Assembly: GCA_963818475.1 (NCBI GenBank)
Contig: CAWFSF010000006.1
Location: 416,001 to 480,000 of the forward strand
Direction of reading: 5' to 3'
Origin: Nitrospirota bacterium
GTDB lineage: Bacteria; Nitrospirota; UBA9217
Length of the DNA stretch: 64,000 bases
Shown: piece after piece, positions 60,018-64,000 of the stretch
Position numbering within the stretch: the stretch's first letter is position 1
Layout: each line of letters begins with the position of its first letter
The notes under the pieces: generated by a model
Databases searched by the model: none
The model's input: only the letters and a program-made list of their open reading frames with translations
Told to the model about the DNA's origin: nothing
Made by a program: the position numbers and the translations under genes

Positions 60018-61111
60018 GAATCAATCTCTTCGATTTCTCTTACTAGCTTCTGATACTCATCAACCTTTGTAGTGATTTCATGTTCATGCAAAAGCACCGG
60101 GAGCACATCAATACCCCGTATCCAATACATATTGGGCTTGCACGGATTGACGATGTTGTAGGCCCCGTTGTATTCCCCGAAAGCCAGCTCTGCAAGAATG
60201 TCCGGCATATTGCACCCTGTTTTTGTGATGAAATGGTGTGTTGTAAAAAATTTAGAGATATTGATCTCCGTAGGATTTGGCATGCCATCCCCGTCATAGG
60301 TAAAGTCAACGCTGAAAATTCCGTGTGGGTGCTGGTCGGCAGCCATAATACATCTTCGCGAGATCTCATCGATAATCGGGTCAGCAATAGTTACACCGAC
60401 TCCCGTAAGTCCGGTTACACCCGATTGGGCCCTGTTTCCAAAAGCCCAGTTCAATCGTTTTCTTCCCTGGGCAACCACAAGCCGTCCATGGTGCCAGATC
60501 GATTGCCACGTGACCGTATCGCTCGTTAAATGCTCTGCGGCAACTGCTTTGCCCCACATATTCCTCGCACTGATATGCGCCAGCGCCATATCATACGTCG
60601 GTCTTGACAGAGAACCTTTGCCCGCTGCCCCGATTGTCTCCCGTATCCAGATATTCTGATTGAACTTCTCAAATGCCAGTTTCAGATCGCGTTCTTCGTT
60701 GAGATCAATAGTTTCGGGAACTTTGATCCCGGCATCTTTCCAGATTTTTGCAGATTTGCCTTTGTCTCTCAGAAGTTCGATCGTTTGTTGCGCAGGCATA
60801 TAGAGCTTACAACCCGTCGAAAGAATCTCCTCGCGGTGTTTGCCGATAATGAACGCCTCGATCTCCGGTTGCGAGTGCAGGAAGTCGATCTTCTCTTTTT
60901 TGATAATGTGCTTGATAAAGGGAATGTACTCGCTGTCGGTCGCCCGGGGGCAGAGATATGATCTATCGGTTTCCGCGCGGTGGATATTGTATTTATCGCA
61001 GTCTGTACCGACGATATGATAAAGCTTCCCTTCAGGATCAGCGTCCCGAAGACTCCTCGTGAAACTCAAGGTGGAGGGGCCGCCGCAGGCAGTGGCAAGA
61101 ATATGTCTCAT
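60014..61111 (-). CDS. ATP-grasp protein (carbamoyl-phosphate-synthase-related, polysaccharide-cluster type)
   Basis: ILATACGG, DKGKS, GIKVPET, GAAGKGS and PTEIN. Confidence 0.7.
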   Translation of the reverse strand: MRHILATACGGPSTLSFTRSLRDADPEGKLYHIVGTDCDKYNIHRAETDRSYLCPRATDSEYIPFIKHIIKKEKIDFLHSQPEIEAFIIGKHREEILSTGCKLYMPAQQTIELLRDKGKSAKIWKDAGIKVPETIDLNEERDLKLAFEKFNQNIWIRETIGAAGKGSLSRPTYDMALAHISARNMWGKAVAAEHLTSDTVTWQSIWHHGRLVVAQGRKRLNWAFGNRAQSGVTGLTGVGVTIADPIIDEISRRCIMAADQHPHGIFSVDFTYDGDGMPNPTEINISKFFTTHHFITKTGCNMPDILAELAFGEYNGAYNIVNPCKPNMYWIRGIDVLPVLLHEHEITTKVDEYQKLVREIEEIDS

Positions 61112-62151
61112 TTGCTGGATTCTCCAGATGCTCCGGCGAGAATTCTCACAACATTCAGCGTATGCGCTATACCGGTCAAACAGGTTGCTCCATTCAGGAT
61201 GCAGTCGAAGAAGTGATCGACCTCAACCTTCAGAGGCTCTTTGAAATCGATCTGCGGCAGCAGCACGTCACCGGACCGGTGGTTGAACGTTTGCGGCGCG
61301 GGAACGTCGAAGTCCATGTTCTCGCCCAAGCGCGCAATCCGGTCGATGCCTTTATCGTATATCGCTATCTTGTTATCGGCGACATCGTCATACACCACCA
61401 TTTTCTTCGATCCGACAACCGTGATGCGCCTGATCTTGTGCGGGTCGAGCCAGCTCACATGGATATTGGCCATGACTTTGTTTGGATACCTGATGTTCAG
61501 GAATACGACATCATCAACGCCTTTTTGAATAAAGTCCATTCCGTGCCGGTGAACAGCAAGCGGCGGGTCGTCATGCAGCCAGTATTGAATAATGCTGATA
61601 TCATGCGGGGCAAAGTTCCACAGGGCGTCCACATCGGAACGGATGCGCCCGAGATTGAGCCGCTGGCTGTAGATATATCTGATCTCTCCCAGGTCGCCTG
61701 AATCGATAAGCCCCTTCACATAGCGGACAGCAGCGTTGTAGAGAAACGTATGCCCGGACATGGCCACGAGTTCCTTCTGCTTTGCCAGCGCTCCGATCTG
61801 TTCAACTTCCTTGACGGTTGTGGCCATCGGTTTTTCGACGAGAATGTGCTTCCCGGCACTCAGGGCCTTGATGGCCAGATCATAGTGTGTGGCAAGCGGG
61901 GTCGCGAGTACGACCGCATCGATATCGCGGTCGTTGAAAATATCAGCAGGGTCTGTTGACGTAAGTACGGACGGATACAGGCCGTTCACATACCGTTGGC
62001 GTTCGGGAGACGCATCGACTACCCTGCTGACCTGACAGCGCTTGTTGGAAATCAGGTTCCGGAGGAGGTTGGGGCCCCAATATCCGACGCCGATCTGCGC
62101 TATTCTCAGGAGCTTTTTTTCATCTGCGTTTTTCTGCGGTACCATTGGCAT
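61108..62151 (-). CDS. Gfo/Idh/MocA oxidoreductase (WbpB/WlbA-like)
   Basis: GVGYWG, ATP, HILVEKP and APHD. Confidence 0.88.
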   Translation of the reverse strand: MPMVPQKNADEKKLLRIAQIGVGYWGPNLLRNLISNKRCQVSRVVDASPERQRYVNGLYPSVLTSTDPADIFNDRDIDAVVLATPLATHYDLAIKALSAGKHILVEKPMATTVKEVEQIGALAKQKELVAMSGHTFLYNAAVRYVKGLIDSGDLGEIRYIYSQRLNLGRIRSDVDALWNFAPHDISIIQYWLHDDPPLAVHRHGMDFIQKGVDDVVFLNIRYPNKVMANIHVSWLDPHKIRRITVVGSKKMVVYDDVADNKIAIYDKGIDRIARLGENMDFDVPAPQTFNHRSGDVLLPQIDFKEPLKVEVDHFFDCILNGATCLTGIAHTLNVVRILAGASGESSK

Positions 62152-62161
62152 CCTCGCAAAT

Positions 62162-63259
62162 TCATAGAGTTGACGATTTTACCTGCTCAATAACATACTG
62201 TACCTGCTCATCGGTCATATCTCCGTGGATGGGCAGGCTCAGGATCTCGTCCTTCAGGGAATTGGCAACGGGGAAATCTCCGGGTTGATGGCCCAGATAC
62301 GCATAGGCTTTCAGGAAGGGCAGGGGAATAGGGTAGTGGATCCCGGTGCTGATGCCCTTGTCTTTCAGCTGTTTGATAAGCTGGTCCCGTTGCTTGACAC
62401 GGATCACGTAAAGATGGTAGACGTGTCTCATGTCCGGACTTACGTGCGGCGTCCCGACGACAGCGCGCAAGCCTTCATCATACTGTTTCGCTATTGCGCG
62501 TCTCCGTTCGGTCCAGAGGTCCAGATATTTCAGTTTAACGTCCAGGACCGCCGCCTGCATGCCGTCGAGCCTGCTGTTCATGCCCTCAAATTCATGATTA
62601 TATTTTTCGATCCTTCCGTGATTGGCGAACATGCGCGCTTTTTTTGCCAATTCACCATTATTGGTCACGATGGCGCCGCCATCACCATAGGCCCCGAGAT
62701 TTTTGCCCGGGAAAAAGCTGAAACAGGCGAAATCGCCAAACGTTCCGATGTTTTTCCCGTTGCAGCGCGCGCCGTGCGCTTGCGCGGAATCCTCGATCAC
62801 GTGGAGGTTATATTTTCCGGCAATCCTCATTATTGCTTCCATGTCCGCAGCTTGCCCGTACAGGTGGACGGGGATGATGGCCCGTGTTTTTGACGTTATT
62901 GCCGATGACAGCTTGTCCACATCGATATTGAATGTTGCTTCGTTGCAATCGACAAAGACCGGATGGGCGCCGGCCAGGGTAATGGATTCCGATGAGGCGA
63001 TAAATGAGTTTGCCGCAGTGATGACCTCATCTCCTTCTTTCATGCCTAAAACCTTCAACGCAATAAACAACGCATCAGTCCCGTTGCCCACACTGATACA
63101 GTGCTTGACTCCGACATAACTTGAAAAGCTTGATTCAAATTGCTGGACATATTTCCCCCCGATAAAAGCGGAATTCATAATAACCTCGTGAATCGCCTTA
63201 TCAAGCTCGGACTGGATGTTTATATATTGCGCTTTTAAATCGACGAACGGTATGTTCAC
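62162..63259 (-). CDS. DegT/DnrJ/EryC1/StrS sugar aminotransferase (WbpE-like)
   Basis: IPFVDL, GNGTDAL, PVHLYG, EDSAQAHG, SFFPGKNLG and NSRLD; GTG start after GAGGAG. Confidence 0.92.
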   Translation of the reverse strand: MNIPFVDLKAQYINIQSELDKAIHEVIMNSAFIGGKYVQQFESSFSSYVGVKHCISVGNGTDALFIALKVLGMKEGDEVITAANSFIASSESITLAGAHPVFVDCNEATFNIDVDKLSSAITSKTRAIIPVHLYGQAADMEAIMRIAGKYNLHVIEDSAQAHGARCNGKNIGTFGDFACFSFFPGKNLGAYGDGGAIVTNNGELAKKARMFANHGRIEKYNHEFEGMNSRLDGMQAAVLDVKLKYLDLWTERRRAIAKQYDEGLRAVVGTPHVSPDMRHVYHLYVIRVKQRDQLIKQLKDKGISTGIHYPIPLPFLKAYAYLGHQPGDFPVANSLKDEILSLPIHGDMTDEQVQYVIEQVKSSTL

Positions 63260-63643
63260 GGTATCTTCTCCTCTTCGAAACAGGTGCTGCACGATTGAAC
63301 GAGTAAACAAGAAAAAAAGTTTAGGGAAGCGTGAAAAGTTGCTGTATCAAATGCTTATCAAGGTCATGGTGAATCGCGTCCGTCTAAACTACATTTTCAC
63401 TTCGCTCGCTGGCACGCGCCCTGAGCGCCTCCAGAAGCTGCGCCGCGTATCGGCCGGAAGCTGCTCCTGGGAGTGCCAGAACGTAACTACGGATGCCTCA
63501 TTTCAAGCTTGTTCACCTCGACGATATTGCACATCCGACAGGAGAGGTGGCAATGTTTCGTCACATAAAACTGGACATAAAACAGGGAATCCGTGGTAAA
63601 AAAACACGCAGCAAGAATGTTTTGTCTGCCAACTGAACTTAGA

Positions 63644-64000
63644 TTATCCCTGATGCGCCGAAATTATTCTTGACAGACGAAAGGGCAAAAGCAGGCTCTT
63701 GCCATACATCTGCATACTTTTCCTGATCGGCCTGGAAAAACAGGCCGCAATAAAATTTGCCCCGAATGCAGCAACAAGTGAAGCCATCGAAGCACCGATA
63801 GCGCCATATTGCGGTATAAGATACAGATTGACGATAACATTGATCATCATCCCCGCAATATCAACATACAGACCATCCTTCAGATATCCTTCCGCGGTGA
63901 GCCATTTCTGCCGGGCCACTCCGAAAAAAACCGACGTGGCAATCCAGGTCTGAATCGAAAGTATTGTTGCGGCGTTGCGGTATTGTTCACCGTACAACGT
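63644..64000 (-). CDS. Wzx-type oligosaccharide flippase, C-terminal part (truncated by the window edge)
   Basis: YGEQY..AATILSI...NVIVNLYLIPQYGAIGASMAS, typical of a polysaccharide flippase C-terminus. Confidence 0.8.
   Translation of the reverse strand, partial: TLYGEQYRNAATILSIQTWIATSVFFGVARQKWLTAEGYLKDGLYVDIAGMMINVIVNLYLIPQYGAIGASMASLVAAFGANFIAACFSRPIRKSMQMYGKSLLLPFRLSRIISAHQG

Noticed and set aside
60014-61111. ATP-grasp protein as the carbamoyl-phosphate source for the carbamoyltransferase
   Set aside because: It is a single 365-aa ATP-grasp domain, far shorter than CarB, with no glutaminase partner and about 46 kb away; unsupported.

Overview
A 64-kb bacterial cell-envelope locus of moderately high GC. 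The gene families resemble those of Geobacter-like Desulfobacterota or Nitrospirota, but the taxonomy is inferred only. The window opens inside a giant Ser/Thr-rich multiheme cytochrome c (at least 50 CXXCH/CX4CH motifs visible, with internal tandem duplications). A ~32-kb block follows, mixing system II cytochrome c maturation genes (ResC/CcsA and two ResB-like genes) with many GT-C-fold membrane glycosyltransferases (three TMTC-like, two PMT-like), TPR proteins, polyprenol-phosphate sugar synthases and a carbamoyltransferase/SxtJ/DUF5989/SGNH module. From 38.7 kb onward a convergent minus-strand glycan cluster carries YfhO, GT2/GT4, B12-radical SAM enzymes, methyltransferases, AsnB, a Gfo/DegT pair and a Wzx flippase. 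Four observations stand out. (1) A TMTC-like glycosyltransferase-TPR protein is fused in frame to a nonaheme cytochrome, and an unfused paralogous gene pair sits next to it. (2) A TMTC appears to be split into a TPR-less catalytic gene and two stand-alone last-TM+TPR modules, one carrying a (CAACT)5 repeat. (3) A 52-aa peptide missed by the ORF track ends in a DltX-like FIYxxF motif, suggesting a trans-membrane carbamoyl shuttle. (4) Together these suggest a dedicated maturation and glycosylation system for extracellular multiheme cytochromes, which remains a hypothesis. Several +1 homopolymer frameshifts look like sequencing errors. No rRNA, tRNA or CRISPR array was seen. All product calls come from motif recognition by eye; no database search was run.
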